Shown here in pieces: positions 23,103 through 33,286 of a stretch of DNA of 64,000 nt. Location: the IMG/VR virus record IMGVR_UViG_3300000176_000001. One strand, 5' to 3'. The translations under genes were made by a program, and so were the position numbers. Origin of the DNA: a virus. How positions within the stretch are numbered: position 1 is the first letter of the stretch; each line of letters starts with the position of its first letter. The notes beneath the pieces are model-generated. The model saw only the letters and a program-made list of their open reading frames with translations. It was not told the origin of the DNA and searched no databases.

Positions 23103-24107
23103 TTATATCCTACCTGTGTCTACAGTTGACGACGGAAATGTCATTGGTGTGTCAGCTGGTGCTTGCTCATCTTCCTCATCAGGGTGATCACCAAAGATCA
23201 TATAGTCGTGCACATCAGACACGTAACTCTTTGCTTGAGCAATCTTGGCTTGTACCCAAGGCTCAACGTGCATTCCTTGTGGCATAGCCATCGCGAGGTG
23301 CATTGCCTTATTAGCAAGTGCCTTTAGCTCTGACTTAACCATCTCCTCGGCTCCGTCAGTGTCACCGCGAGGAACAGCCTCTTGAATTGTCTCTTCATTC
23401 TGCTTCTTGTAGTAAGCAGCTAGAGCCATCTGCTTGCGCTTCTCTTTTGACTTACCGGCAAACTTAGGATTATCAGAGTGAACGAAGTCATGAATAGTCT
23501 CACCAGCAGAGGTTGACTTAGTTAAGACTTCATCAAGCTCTACATCTTCACCCATTTCTTTCTTAGACATACCAGCAGCTTTTACTTTTGGTTTATTACC
23601 GAGTTCATCACCGCCTAGAATTTTCTTTAGAGCAAGATTCATTCCAGCTTTACGCTTTTCACCTTTTTCAGGATCACGTCTCTCAGGAGCAGCTGCGTGT
23701 CTATAACGCATAAGAGAGTCAGAAGACACTTCATCTAGTTCATCTTCTTTAATAGTCTTCATATCATAGCACTCTGCCATGCCGTGTACTGGACACGCAA
23801 CACCTTTAGCAGAGTGGTTGCACTGCATGTCCTCAGCTTTTTTTGCTTCGTAGACCTTCTTGTCATCACCCTTCTTGTGGCCATGGCGCTTCTCATCAGA
23901 GAAGTTTAAGTCATACTTTGTCTTAGCACCTGCATTAGGCTCATTACCTACACGATCCTCATGGTCCTCAATCTCGTGCTTAGCAACGAATCTGTCTTCG
24001 TCTCCAGCCTTTGGCTTATAGTCGACACCTGGATCTTTACCTATTGATAAAGGTCCTTTCTTAGATGACTTAACACCCTGTAAGATGTCTTTAAGCTGCT
24101 TCGGCAT
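23103..24107 (-). CDS. prohead core / internal head protein (highly charged)
   Basis: Position of T4 gp67/68; Lys/Glu-rich with several (L/I/V)-x-E protease-type sites. Confidence 0.6.
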   Translation of the reverse strand: MPKQLKDILQGVKSSKKGPLSIGKDPGVDYKPKAGDEDRFVAKHEIEDHEDRVGNEPNAGAKTKYDLNFSDEKRHGHKKGDDKKVYEAKKAEDMQCNHSAKGVACPVHGMAECYDMKTIKEDELDEVSSDSLMRYRHAAAPERRDPEKGEKRKAGMNLALKKILGGDELGNKPKVKAAGMSKKEMGEDVELDEVLTKSTSAGETIHDFVHSDNPKFAGKSKEKRKQMALAAYYKKQNEETIQEAVPRGDTDGAEEMVKSELKALANKAMHLAMAMPQGMHVEPWVQAKIAQAKSYVSDVHDYMIFGDHPDEEDEQAPADTPMTFPSSTVDTGRI

Positions 24108-24291
24108 CGGCTGTGTCCTCTTCTTGTCCGCTAAAAACTGTTCTAGCCATCTCTATTTTTTTATCGTCGATGGCTAATGCTATTCTATCTGTTATAAGAG
24201 ACTTAAATGCATCCTCGAACTCGATAGGCTTTTGATCGAGTGAGAATTTTACTAAGTCGCTAGTTGTATATTCTGTCATCATAATCTCCAA
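24091..24291 (-). CDS. small prohead core protein (gp67-like position)
   Basis: 66-aa acidic ORF directly after the portal. Confidence 0.6.
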   Translation of the reverse strand: MEIMMTEYTTSDLVKFSLDQKPIEFEDAFKSLITDRIALAIDDKKIEMARTVFSGQEEDTADAEAA

Positions 24292-26016
24292 CTATTTATT
24301 TTTTGCTAAGATTTGAACTGCTGATTTATATTTAGCTTGATCTTGAAGTGATCTTCCACCCTTCTTAGCTCCTAGGAGTTTAACGGTGGCTTCAGCATCT
24401 CTTATCTTTTGATTTTGCTGGTCAGTCTCTGGAGTAGCATCAGTCGCTTCATCATCTGCAAGAGGATTCATATCTTGACCTTGATCACCCATTCCCTGCA
24501 TCTGCATTTCTTGCTGCATAGGAGACAACCAGCGTTCATCACCAGAGTTAGCCTCCTCGTCAATCTGCTCATCCATCTCCTCGATGTCCTCGTCAGACTG
24601 CTGCAAGATATTCTTACGTGCCCACTCATGTGACCAGTACTTACCTAGGAACTCTTGAACGTTGCGAACTAGGTTCACACGGTTCTCGATCATCTCGCCA
24701 TCCTTGAGCTCGGCGAAGTAATTGTCCTTAGAGAAGTCATACTTAATATCCTGTTGGATATTATCAAAGTCCTCAATAGACATGACCTGCTTAAGCACTA
24801 GTTGCTTCTCGAGCATTCTGGTAAATAGGACTGCAAACTTATTACGAAGGCGTGATATGAATCTATCAAACTTAAGCTCGTCTCTAGTCACCTCTGTAGC
24901 ACGACCAAGTGAGAACAAGGCATCTGAATTGAGGCGATTAATAGGAACGTTAAGTGTCTGATATAGTTTCTTTTGGAAGTATAGAACATCATCCATCTGT
25001 CCGAGTGTCTGACCACCAGGAAGTGTTGTCACCTCTGTACCTCTACCACCCTCGCGGCGTGGTAGCCAGTAATCTTCCAACATAGTCATAAACTTACGAT
25101 CGTCGCGAACCTCGCCGGTCGCGCCGTCATAGATAAGACGATTCTTATGCTTTGTCATGATGTCTTTAAGGTACTGCTCAGCCTTCATCTTAGGAAGGTT
25201 ACCAACGTCAATGTACCAAACGCGACGCTCAGGCGCTCTTGCCAGTCTGTAGATGACAAGTGCATCTTCCAGAGTCCTCAGCTGGTTTAGCGCCTTGATA
25301 GCTTTATGCATGTAAGAGAGAACCATAGTTCCCTGGGTATCAGTAAGACCAGATGTAACATGTAGAATTGCATCCTTAGCAATCTTTAGACCCGATGTTG
25401 CAGGTCCAACTGTCTTATTACCGTAGTTAAATCCCTTGTCATTGAATACATAGTACTCGTTCTGTACTTTTTGTATGTATGACTCATTGGTGACGTCACC
25501 TTTAACTTTTTGCTTCTGAATCTCGCGTACCTTGCGGATCTTACGTGGATCAATATATCTTACTTCCTTGATTCCCATTGTAGGGTCATTCTTGTCAATA
25601 AGAACATGGTAGTATAATCTACCATCTACATACCAGCGACGATAGATCTCATACGCGTGCTTTTGGAAGTCTAAGATATTAAGGATGTTTTTAAATTCTT
25701 CTCTGATAGCTTTCTTCAGAGCGTCGCTGATATCAATATTGTCTAGATTAATAGCTACGATATCATCTTCATCTACAGCCATCGTCTCATTAACGATCTC
25801 ATCGACTGCTGCGTCGACTTCTGGCTGCAGAGACATTTCTCTATATTTTGTAACTAGTTCTGCTTCTGTTCTTACTGTACCATCTAGATCGATGTACGTG
25901 CCGAAGCTTGCACCTGCCGCAACTACTACGGCCCCATCGTCTTGTTCTTTCGGAGCGAACGTAGCGATGGGGTCGTTAGGTAATTTTCTCTTAAACTCGA
26001 AACCGAATAATTCCAT
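24292..26016 (-). CDS. 20: portal protein gp20
   Basis: MELFGF start, RRWYVDGR, LEDALVIYRLARAPERR, MLEDYWLPRREGGRGTE. Confidence 0.98.
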   Translation of the reverse strand: MELFGFEFKRKLPNDPIATFAPKEQDDGAVVVAAGASFGTYIDLDGTVRTEAELVTKYREMSLQPEVDAAVDEIVNETMAVDEDDIVAINLDNIDISDALKKAIREEFKNILNILDFQKHAYEIYRRWYVDGRLYYHVLIDKNDPTMGIKEVRYIDPRKIRKVREIQKQKVKGDVTNESYIQKVQNEYYVFNDKGFNYGNKTVGPATSGLKIAKDAILHVTSGLTDTQGTMVLSYMHKAIKALNQLRTLEDALVIYRLARAPERRVWYIDVGNLPKMKAEQYLKDIMTKHKNRLIYDGATGEVRDDRKFMTMLEDYWLPRREGGRGTEVTTLPGGQTLGQMDDVLYFQKKLYQTLNVPINRLNSDALFSLGRATEVTRDELKFDRFISRLRNKFAVLFTRMLEKQLVLKQVMSIEDFDNIQQDIKYDFSKDNYFAELKDGEMIENRVNLVRNVQEFLGKYWSHEWARKNILQQSDEDIEEMDEQIDEEANSGDERWLSPMQQEMQMQGMGDQGQDMNPLADDEATDATPETDQQNQKIRDAEATVKLLGAKKGGRSLQDQAKYKSAVQILAKNK

Positions 26017-26026
26017 ATTGCTCTCC

Positions 26027-26061
26027 AAAAAGGAAGTGGCTAGTTATACAAGCCCCTTCCT
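26027..26061 (-). terminator. possible terminator between gp19 and gp20
   Basis: Imperfect AGGAAG(T)GGCT/AGCC(C)CTTCCT stem followed by a T run on the minus strand. Confidence 0.45.
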
Positions 26062-26096
26062 GAAATAATATATCAAGAGGCTAACCTACTCTACTA

Positions 26097-26693
26097 TTAC
26101 GTAGAGATAGGAGATACAGCCTGTCCTAGGTAAGGATTAACGGTCTCACCGGCTGGTAACCAGTAGTCGTATGTAAATGTTGTAGTAAATGTTTCAATTT
26201 GGTTTTGCGAGTCCCAATCAAGAGCAATAGCATCTACAGTTGTAGGAAATGCTCCAATGATATCATATTGGCGAATTGTAGAACCATCTTTAGCATATTG
26301 TATAACACTTAGATCTGATTTATAAGAATTTTCATTTCCAGAATATGCAATGTCACGAACATTTGACTCTAGACGGTTTAGAGAGTTAGACCACTTCTCA
26401 AACATTGAGCGAACAAGGAAGTCCTCGTCGTTCATGATTGTGACTGTCCAGTCTGCAAATGTTCTATCACCAGCAACCTTGACCCTGCGTCCGAAGTAAG
26501 GAATCTCTACGTTACCGATAGTAGCTGCAGGGAGCTGAGCTGCCCTGCAGGTAAATCTAAACTTATCAGCAGATGTTTGATCTGCCCCGACCCCATCCGG
26601 AATTCTAAGATAAACTTCGAAAAGAGCCGGACGAGTTCCACCAAATGTTAGCCCTCTTGACTTAAAGGTACTAATATTGAAACCTGATGCCAT
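26097..26693 (-). CDS. 19: tail tube protein gp19
   Basis: CRAAQLPA, GR.VKVAGDRTF.DWTVT.MNDEDF..R. Confidence 0.96.
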   Translation of the reverse strand: MASGFNISTFKSRGLTFGGTRPALFEVYLRIPDGVGADQTSADKFRFTCRAAQLPAATIGNVEIPYFGRRVKVAGDRTFADWTVTIMNDEDFLVRSMFEKWSNSLNRLESNVRDIAYSGNENSYKSDLSVIQYAKDGSTIRQYDIIGAFPTTVDAIALDWDSQNQIETFTTTFTYDYWLPAGETVNPYLGQAVSPIST

Positions 26694-26721
26694 TTTTTGT
26701 TCTCCTTGTTATTCTTATTTA

Positions 26722-28839
26722 TCAGAACTGGCCGACGATTTCAGAGAACTGAACACCAGTGCGAACAGCAACAAAATTAAGCTGTATGTAGTTGATAGAA
26801 CGAGCTGGCTTGATGTAGATATCACCAATGAACTTGTTACCATCAATAACCTCAGCGGTATTGTTTGTTCCATCGCAGACGACTGTATAGTCGGTTATAC
26901 CGCGACGACCTTGAATATCTCTTAGATAAGGGTTAACTAAGGCTTTAAATTGAGCTCTTGTGAAGTCATCATTAAACTCGAATAAGAAGAATTTAGCCGC
27001 AGTAGCAATCGACTTTTCCAACACAATAAACAGACGACGCACGTTAATATGATCAAACGCTGAAGCCTTAGATTGAAGTGTCTTATCGCCGAATAGGATA
27101 GTTCCTTGACCAGGGAATGTAACAACTGGGTTAACATTGTTAGAGTAAAGAAGATCTCTATCTGCCTTTGAAGGGTTATAGCGAAGCTTTACAATGTTTT
27201 TAATCTGGCCACGATTAAATCCAGCAGGAGACCACCATGGATCGCGCGTATTATCAGTGCGAACACATAGGCCTGCTATATCACCGTTTACTGGAACATA
27301 ACGATATACATCATTGTAACGATCGTACATGTACTTATATCCAGAATCCATGACTGCATATGAGCTATCGTGTACAGCACCACGCCAGTTGACTAATGAT
27401 GTTGCCTCGGCTCCTGGATTAGATCTTATTAATGTATCATCTGGAGATATAACAACAACACAATCTTTTCTAACTTCAGCAATATTATCGATAAGATAGT
27501 TGGCTAGTTGGAAGTTATTTACTGTTTGTCCGCCAACCGTAGTTGTTCCACCAATTGGTTTACCTTGAAGAACAAGAGCAACGTCTACGTCTTCTGACGA
27601 TGCAAATTTATCATATCCTGCAGCAATAACGGAAAGTGAAGCTGTACTTTCGGTATAACCAGCAGTTCCACCAGTGAATGATAGTGTTAGTGGTCCTTGA
27701 TTACTTGAATTTGTAAGAGCGCTAGCTAAAGCAGATGTAGCACCTGATCTATCAGCTAGTGCCCAGATATACTTAGATGAGTTCTTAATAACAGCTTGAT
27801 AATAGTTGTCGGCTCCACCCTGTGCTGTAGCATCTGTAGCTCTTGACACATTGACATATGACTCTAGAACAATTCCAGGGGTTCCCGTAAACATTCCTTG
27901 GGAGTCAATCACAACAATATGCATACCGTCGACTATGTTTGGATTAGAAGATGCAGCTTGCCATGCAGTAGTAGTAGGAGGTGTTCCAACAACAGGAGAG
28001 TACTGCCATGAACGCTTAATTAGATTATTAGTAGCAGTGTCAGTATTATATGCTGTTGACAGCTTATAAGTTGATGTAAAAGATACATTAACCGAAGCAG
28101 TTGTATTACCAACGACGAATGCTGGAGTACCAATTGCAGACACTTGGAGCTGTTGGGTTCCAATAGTTGAGTTACCGATTGTTATAAAATCTCCAATTGC
28201 GAGATTGGCAACAAAAGATGCTGCATAACCATTTGCTTGTGTCTGAGTAACAGAAGCACTAGTGTTTGGTGTCACTATAATGACAGCTGTATTTGATCCG
28301 ATGGATATTGAGACATTTGCAGAAACATCAATAGCAGACTGGCTAGCTAGACCATTTGCGTATAGGTTGGATGAATAAGCATTAATGCTATCGCAGACGG
28401 AGACGGTTAGAGAGTTACCTATATCTCCAGGATATCTTGCTAAATATGCAACGTTGGCGTCAAATGTTCCAGCCTTTAACTCAAAATCTGAAGTATTTAA
28501 GACAACTGGATTAGCTGCTACTGTTCCAACGTTTGCGTAAGAGTTTCTTGCTGCAATACTACCAGATGCCGAAGCAGAAGTATTAGCTGCACGCACTACA
28601 TATAGACTATTTCCATATGATAAGAAATTAGATGCAGTGTACCATGTCTCGTAGTTATTTGCATTTGGAGAACCAAATTGTGATACTAATTTTGTCTCGG
28701 TATCTATGAGTATGCGCTGGTTAACTGGACCCCAACTAAAAATACCAGCAATAGCACCTGTAGATGTTGCAACTGCCGGAACAATAGATGTTAGGTCAAC
28801 CTCGGTAACGTTTACTCCAGGGCTAAGCTGAAATGCCAT
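26722..28839 (-). CDS. 18: tail sheath protein gp18
   Basis: MAFQLSPGV..TEVDLT, PWWSPAGFNRG, INVRRLF, IKPARSINYI.LNF. Confidence 0.98.
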   Translation of the reverse strand: MAFQLSPGVNVTEVDLTSIVPAVATSTGAIAGIFSWGPVNQRILIDTETKLVSQFGSPNANNYETWYTASNFLSYGNSLYVVRAANTSASASGSIAARNSYANVGTVAANPVVLNTSDFELKAGTFDANVAYLARYPGDIGNSLTVSVCDSINAYSSNLYANGLASQSAIDVSANVSISIGSNTAVIIVTPNTSASVTQTQANGYAASFVANLAIGDFITIGNSTIGTQQLQVSAIGTPAFVVGNTTASVNVSFTSTYKLSTAYNTDTATNNLIKRSWQYSPVVGTPPTTTAWQAASSNPNIVDGMHIVVIDSQGMFTGTPGIVLESYVNVSRATDATAQGGADNYYQAVIKNSSKYIWALADRSGATSALASALTNSSNQGPLTLSFTGGTAGYTESTASLSVIAAGYDKFASSEDVDVALVLQGKPIGGTTTVGGQTVNNFQLANYLIDNIAEVRKDCVVVISPDDTLIRSNPGAEATSLVNWRGAVHDSSYAVMDSGYKYMYDRYNDVYRYVPVNGDIAGLCVRTDNTRDPWWSPAGFNRGQIKNIVKLRYNPSKADRDLLYSNNVNPVVTFPGQGTILFGDKTLQSKASAFDHINVRRLFIVLEKSIATAAKFFLFEFNDDFTRAQFKALVNPYLRDIQGRRGITDYTVVCDGTNNTAEVIDGNKFIGDIYIKPARSINYIQLNFVAVRTGVQFSEIVGQF

Positions 28840-28881
28840 CTTTATCTCCTTCCATGGAAAAGGCTTTGAGTTTATTTGTTA

Positions 28882-28889
28882 TATTTATA
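28882..28889 (-). promoter_or_regulatory. late promoter TATAAATA (gp18)
   Basis: Exact consensus upstream of the sheath gene. Confidence 0.8.
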
Positions 28890-30516
28890 AAAATTGGTTT
28901 TCATCACTCATAAGCCAATTCCTTACAGGACCATCAACAATGACCTCTAGTGAGTCCCCATCGTCGACGAACCCAAAAGGAGTTAGATCATTCATTATAT
29001 CATCTTCTGTTCTGTCTCTAAGCTTCATAAGGGTATTTATGTTGGTGTATTCTTTGAAATACTGCTGCTCGGTCATCCAGGCAAATAGGACTAGACCCAT
29101 AGTCAGGTCATCGTGGTTTCCAGGCTCAGCCTCATAACTGTTAAGATGCTTGGAGAATGTACCAAATTCCTTGATAGTATTAAAGTCGTTTATGATAAGC
29201 TGATTCTGCTCGACTAAAAGCTTAAGAAGTGAGCAGCCGACTGACTTGACTGGCTTTGTTGTACGGACACCCTTATCGATATTTGCACCAAAGCCTGCAG
29301 TGATTCTTTTTCCAGCCCTGCCGGCATTCTCAGTAAAGACTAGGTTATCATACTCAAAGTCGGAGTGAAGCGAGTGTGCAACCTGCTCTCCGATATCATT
29401 GATCTCGACTAAGACTGATGCTTGGTTATATCTCTTGGCTATCTGGAATATAAACTCAGCATAGTCAGCAGGTGTTATGAAGTTATTCCTAAACACACAT
29501 ACTTGCTCGTATGGCATCTTGGTCACATCTATCACACTAAATGCCGAGTAGTCAAGACCCTTTCCTCTGGACACGTCTGCTACTATAGAGTATATGTGAC
29601 CCTCTTCTGGCATAGTATATACAGTTAGACCTTCTTTGTCATAGATATGATTCTTAGCCACGAGCTCCTTTAGTTTCCAACCAGCAATCAGCGTGCCAGA
29701 ACTTCCCATAAACTCTACACAGTACTCTTGCTCAAATTTCTCTGAGTCGAAGTTCATTGAGGATAGTGTTTGCTGCTTCCACTTCTCATCTCGGCCAGGG
29801 ACATCATACCACATCACGCGAATAGGATTATAACCATTCTTTCCATTCTGGGCATTTTCCCAGGTTGCATAGAAGTGATTTAGTCCATTCGGCGTAGATA
29901 CTAGTACGATCTTAGATTCTTTGCCCGACGAGATTGTAGGATAAACCGATGTGAAGAACTCATCCCAGTTCTCAATAAAGGCAGCCTCATCGATAAAGAG
30001 TAGATTGATAGAATAACCACGGATAGCGTCTGCAGACGTAGCTGAGGCGATAACTCTTGAGTTATTCTCGAGAACGAATGATCCCTTATTCCACTCGATC
30101 ACACCCTGCTGTAACCACTTAGGAAGATGCTGATATGCGAGCTGAACACGGCCAAGAATCTCTCTGGCCGTGTCACCTTTATTAGCGAGAAGGGCAACTG
30201 TCTTATCACCATGAAATATAATATACCAAAGGATAAACGCGCAAGTAGTTGTGGACTTACCAGCCTGGCGCGCTGTAGCTATAACAGTAAATCTGTTGTC
30301 CTTCATTGACCTCAGCATCTCTTTCTGATAGTCATATAGTATAAAGTTTATAAGACCAACATCAACGTTGATGATCTTCATATATGTTTCAGTAAAATAT
30401 ATAGGGTCTTGAGCACACTTAATGTACTCAGTGATCATAGCCTCATCAAATTGTATCTTTTGATTGGAACGCTTTATGAGAGCATTGCCATTATAGCTCT
30501 TAACTTGCGGTTCCAT
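28885..30516 (-). CDS. 17: terminase large subunit gp17
   Basis: ARQAGKST, IDEAAF, STPNG.NHFY, DVSRG.G.DYSA, HDD. Confidence 0.98.
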   Translation of the reverse strand: MEPQVKSYNGNALIKRSNQKIQFDEAMITEYIKCAQDPIYFTETYMKIINVDVGLINFILYDYQKEMLRSMKDNRFTVIATARQAGKSTTTCAFILWYIIFHGDKTVALLANKGDTAREILGRVQLAYQHLPKWLQQGVIEWNKGSFVLENNSRVIASATSADAIRGYSINLLFIDEAAFIENWDEFFTSVYPTISSGKESKIVLVSTPNGLNHFYATWENAQNGKNGYNPIRVMWYDVPGRDEKWKQQTLSSMNFDSEKFEQEYCVEFMGSSGTLIAGWKLKELVAKNHIYDKEGLTVYTMPEEGHIYSIVADVSRGKGLDYSAFSVIDVTKMPYEQVCVFRNNFITPADYAEFIFQIAKRYNQASVLVEINDIGEQVAHSLHSDFEYDNLVFTENAGRAGKRITAGFGANIDKGVRTTKPVKSVGCSLLKLLVEQNQLIINDFNTIKEFGTFSKHLNSYEAEPGNHDDLTMGLVLFAWMTEQQYFKEYTNINTLMKLRDRTEDDIMNDLTPFGFVDDGDSLEVIVDGPVRNWLMSDENQFL

Positions 30517-30919
30517 TTTTCATATTCTCTATGGCTTTTTGAAGCTCGGCTGTTGAGCCTACAAATAAGTTATTTGTTATATTCTTGGCTTCTTCATTGT
30601 TTGGAATATCAGCACCCTGAATATCCTTGATTTTCTTATGGAGCTCTATGAGATCCTTGTTAGCATCTAGCATGGTCTTAAAGAGGCCACCTAGGACTTC
30701 AAAGGCTCTAGGGTGCTGGCTCTGATCTGCTATCTGAGATAGTTTCTCAATAGCATAGGTTCCATTCTGCATGATCTCATGAATGTTAGTTCTAGCTATA
30801 TTGAAGTCTGCCATGGCACTATCGTCTTGTGCCTTGGCTACTATCTGCCTCACTTGATCATTCATTGGTGTTAAATTTAGTGCTTTGCCAATCGAATCAT
30901 TATTACTTGAGTCTGTCAT
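30500..30919 (-). CDS. 16: terminase small subunit gp16
   Basis: HPRAFEV and NNLFVGSTAELQK motifs. Confidence 0.93.
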   Translation of the reverse strand: MTDSSNNDSIGKALNLTPMNDQVRQIVAKAQDDSAMADFNIARTNIHEIMQNGTYAIEKLSQIADQSQHPRAFEVLGGLFKTMLDANKDLIELHKKIKDIQGADIPNNEEAKNITNNLFVGSTAELQKAIENMKNGTAS

Positions 30920-31746
30920 GTTGTTGTATCTACTGTTGATGTTATATAACCAAAATCGCTTGTAGCAGTGATTAAGTTAGGATCTATAGAATTTGCAATA
31001 TTAGATGTAGGTTGCCCATTCGCTGTAAGTCCAGGTTGTACTGCTGTAAACTCTGATGGAGAAGTATTTCCTATAGCTGTTGCCACGTTTCCTGATGGAA
31101 CATAAACAACAGTATTAGCAAATTTAATAATTGCACCAGACTTAACTGGTCCGTATATATATCCTTTTAGAGTAAAGTCTAGTGTCCACACCATTTGTTG
31201 TCTTTCAGTAAAAGAACCATCATATGTGTCCTCGTGTGAAACTGAATTAAGAACAACAGGTATATCCATAGTTATGTCCATCTCCGGTATAAGATGAACT
31301 GAAGTTGTCCAGTCAGGAGTGAAGAATGGAAGTATTTGTTCTAATATCTTAGTTCCGTCTTCAGCGTTCTTCACTGCAATATATAACCTAAATCCAAAAT
31401 TATATGGAACAGGACTATATTGATACTTCATATTATTAGGGTTTAAAGCATCTGAAGCTATAGTTTTTCTAATAGTATTAAGTTTTCTACTACTATCATA
31501 TATTAAACTAGTCATCTCAAATGACATAAGGGGTAATGTTATTACTGCCGTTTGTCTATTGATATTAGGATCCTGTTGGGATCTTGCTATCATTTTATCT
31601 TTAGGTGCATATGTTATAGGAACTTTAATAAATTCTGTAATAGTACCATTACTATCATTTCTTGTAATAGCTATATCATCAAACAGCGTTCCAAACAGAG
31701 TAACATATTTTCTTATTAGAGAAAAATAAAAAGTCTGCTTAAACAT
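30916..31746 (-). CDS. 15: tail sheath stabiliser gp15
   Basis: FGTLFDDI, VPITYAPK.K, EQILPFF.P, WTLDF.LK.Y.YGP. Confidence 0.93.
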   Translation of the reverse strand: MFKQTFYFSLIRKYVTLFGTLFDDIAITRNDSNGTITEFIKVPITYAPKDKMIARSQQDPNINRQTAVITLPLMSFEMTSLIYDSSRKLNTIRKTIASDALNPNNMKYQYSPVPYNFGFRLYIAVKNAEDGTKILEQILPFFTPDWTTSVHLIPEMDITMDIPVVLNSVSHEDTYDGSFTERQQMVWTLDFTLKGYIYGPVKSGAIIKFANTVVYVPSGNVATAIGNTSPSEFTAVQPGLTANGQPTSNIANSIDPNLITATSDFGYITSTVDTTT

Positions 31747-32489
31747 CAGACGCTCCCCTCACTAAATGGATCAACAGAGCTAAAGTCTATGAATGAGCTA
31801 GATCCCATTGGATAATTATTTGAACCGTCCTTTAATGTCTGATTGACTTCACCTGGAACAGCAAAGTCGGCATAACTTTCCATGACGAGATAGTTGTTAT
31901 CGCCCTCATCGATAAGGTGATTTCCCTGCTCATCAATGATTGACCAATTAAGTATATTAGTGCTGAAGTTTGTTTGCAGAGAATCAATAGCATCAATACC
32001 AGTATCTAAAACTTCATCAGAATACTCAAACACCTCACATGTCATCTCCCATGTCTGTAAGGCATTTAATTGATAGAACATCTCAAACTTATTAACATAT
32101 TTAATCTGAAATAGTCTTCCATTTAAAGGAAAGAATACAAGATCACCTTCTCTAGGTCTTGCGAAGTTTGTCCATGCTCCAATCTCATCATTAAATACTT
32201 TTTGTGCCATTGAGAATACTACTTGATCTCTAACTTCTAGACCAAATTTAGACATAAAGCTTCCGTCACCACCAAAGCCGTCAACTGACTTAATGTACAT
32301 TTCAATAGAGTACGATTGATTATAATATGATTGATCGTCTGCCATGTACAGCGTATCATAATTACCAAAATTACGAGGAATATAAAGCATGTCTTGTCCA
32401 TAGATTCGAATGGACTCAATAATTAGGTCCTCAATGAGAAGTTGCTCTTCACTGGTCGCAAAATTATTAAAATAAAAATTAGTACCCAT
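31746..32489 (-). CDS. 14: neck protein gp14
   Basis: EQLLIEDLIIESI, SKFGLE, RPREGDL, DFS..DPF. Confidence 0.93.
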   Translation of the reverse strand: MGTNFYFNNFATSEEQLLIEDLIIESIRIYGQDMLYIPRNFGNYDTLYMADDQSYYNQSYSIEMYIKSVDGFGGDGSFMSKFGLEVRDQVVFSMAQKVFNDEIGAWTNFARPREGDLVFFPLNGRLFQIKYVNKFEMFYQLNALQTWEMTCEVFEYSDEVLDTGIDAIDSLQTNFSTNILNWSIIDEQGNHLIDEGDNNYLVMESYADFAVPGEVNQTLKDGSNNYPMGSSSFIDFSSVDPFSEGSV

Positions 32490-32492
32490 AAA

Positions 32493-33233
32493 CTATCCGA
32501 TCATATCGGCTACAGGCAAGCTGTAGGTAAAGATCATCTCTTGCTCTAGTTCTTTACGCTCCTCGGTAGCCTCATCAAATATAGCCTGACCATTGAAGCT
32601 GATGCCTCCTGGTAATTGCATACCATTATATTTCTTAATGTTGTTTCCCCATTGTTGTTTAATCAAGCATGAGGCATATCTCTGAAGCCAACGATCTGAC
32701 CAAACGCTCGAGTATATCTCAGGGTCTACGATTTGATAAGCTTCAACAACAATATAGTCGCCAACATTAACTATACTCCAGTCCATATCGATATATAGAT
32801 TTCCAATATGGCGATTATATCTAACTGGTTGCTGTCCAACGAGCATCTGCTCTAAGAATTGAATATGTGTTAGGGCCATATAATATGGCACCATGGATAC
32901 AGATGTTAGCGTATATAAGTCATTAAGAGCAATCTGGTATCTTATGTTAAACAGATTGTTTGTATTAAGTGCCTGACCTATAGGAAATATGCTAACAGCC
33001 CCAATAATATTATCCGGAAGAGGAATATATCTTCTATCTTTATCGCCATCCTGAACTATATATTTGTAGTATGTCTTATCAGATCCATCAAAATGATAGT
33101 CCCAATAATAGCGAAGCGCCTCATCGACACGATCATCGACTTGATCTGGATCAACGTTGATCTCGATGACAGGCTTGCCTAACTTACGTAAGCAAAACTC
33201 TGCAAATGATGCCCTATCGGTCGGAACTGTCAT
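32493..33233 (-). CDS. 13: neck protein gp13
   Basis: CLRKLGKPVIEINV, KQQWG.N..KY..MQLPGG...NG. Confidence 0.95.
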   Translation of the reverse strand: MTVPTDRASFAEFCLRKLGKPVIEINVDPDQVDDRVDEALRYYWDYHFDGSDKTYYKYIVQDGDKDRRYIPLPDNIIGAVSIFPIGQALNTNNLFNIRYQIALNDLYTLTSVSMVPYYMALTHIQFLEQMLVGQQPVRYNRHIGNLYIDMDWSIVNVGDYIVVEAYQIVDPEIYSSVWSDRWLQRYASCLIKQQWGNNIKKYNGMQLPGGISFNGQAIFDEATEERKELEQEMIFTYSLPVADMIG

Positions 33234-33286
33234 CTTAACACCTATTCTTTAATGTATTTATTCTATTTGTAAAAAATGTTTCACTG

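Noticed and set aside
13385-30516. Introns, inteins or homing endonucleases in core genes (gp46, uvsW, gp20, gp17, gp23)
   Set aside because: The ORFs are continuous and of expected length; no LAGLIDADG, HNH, GIY-YIG or intein motifs were seen.
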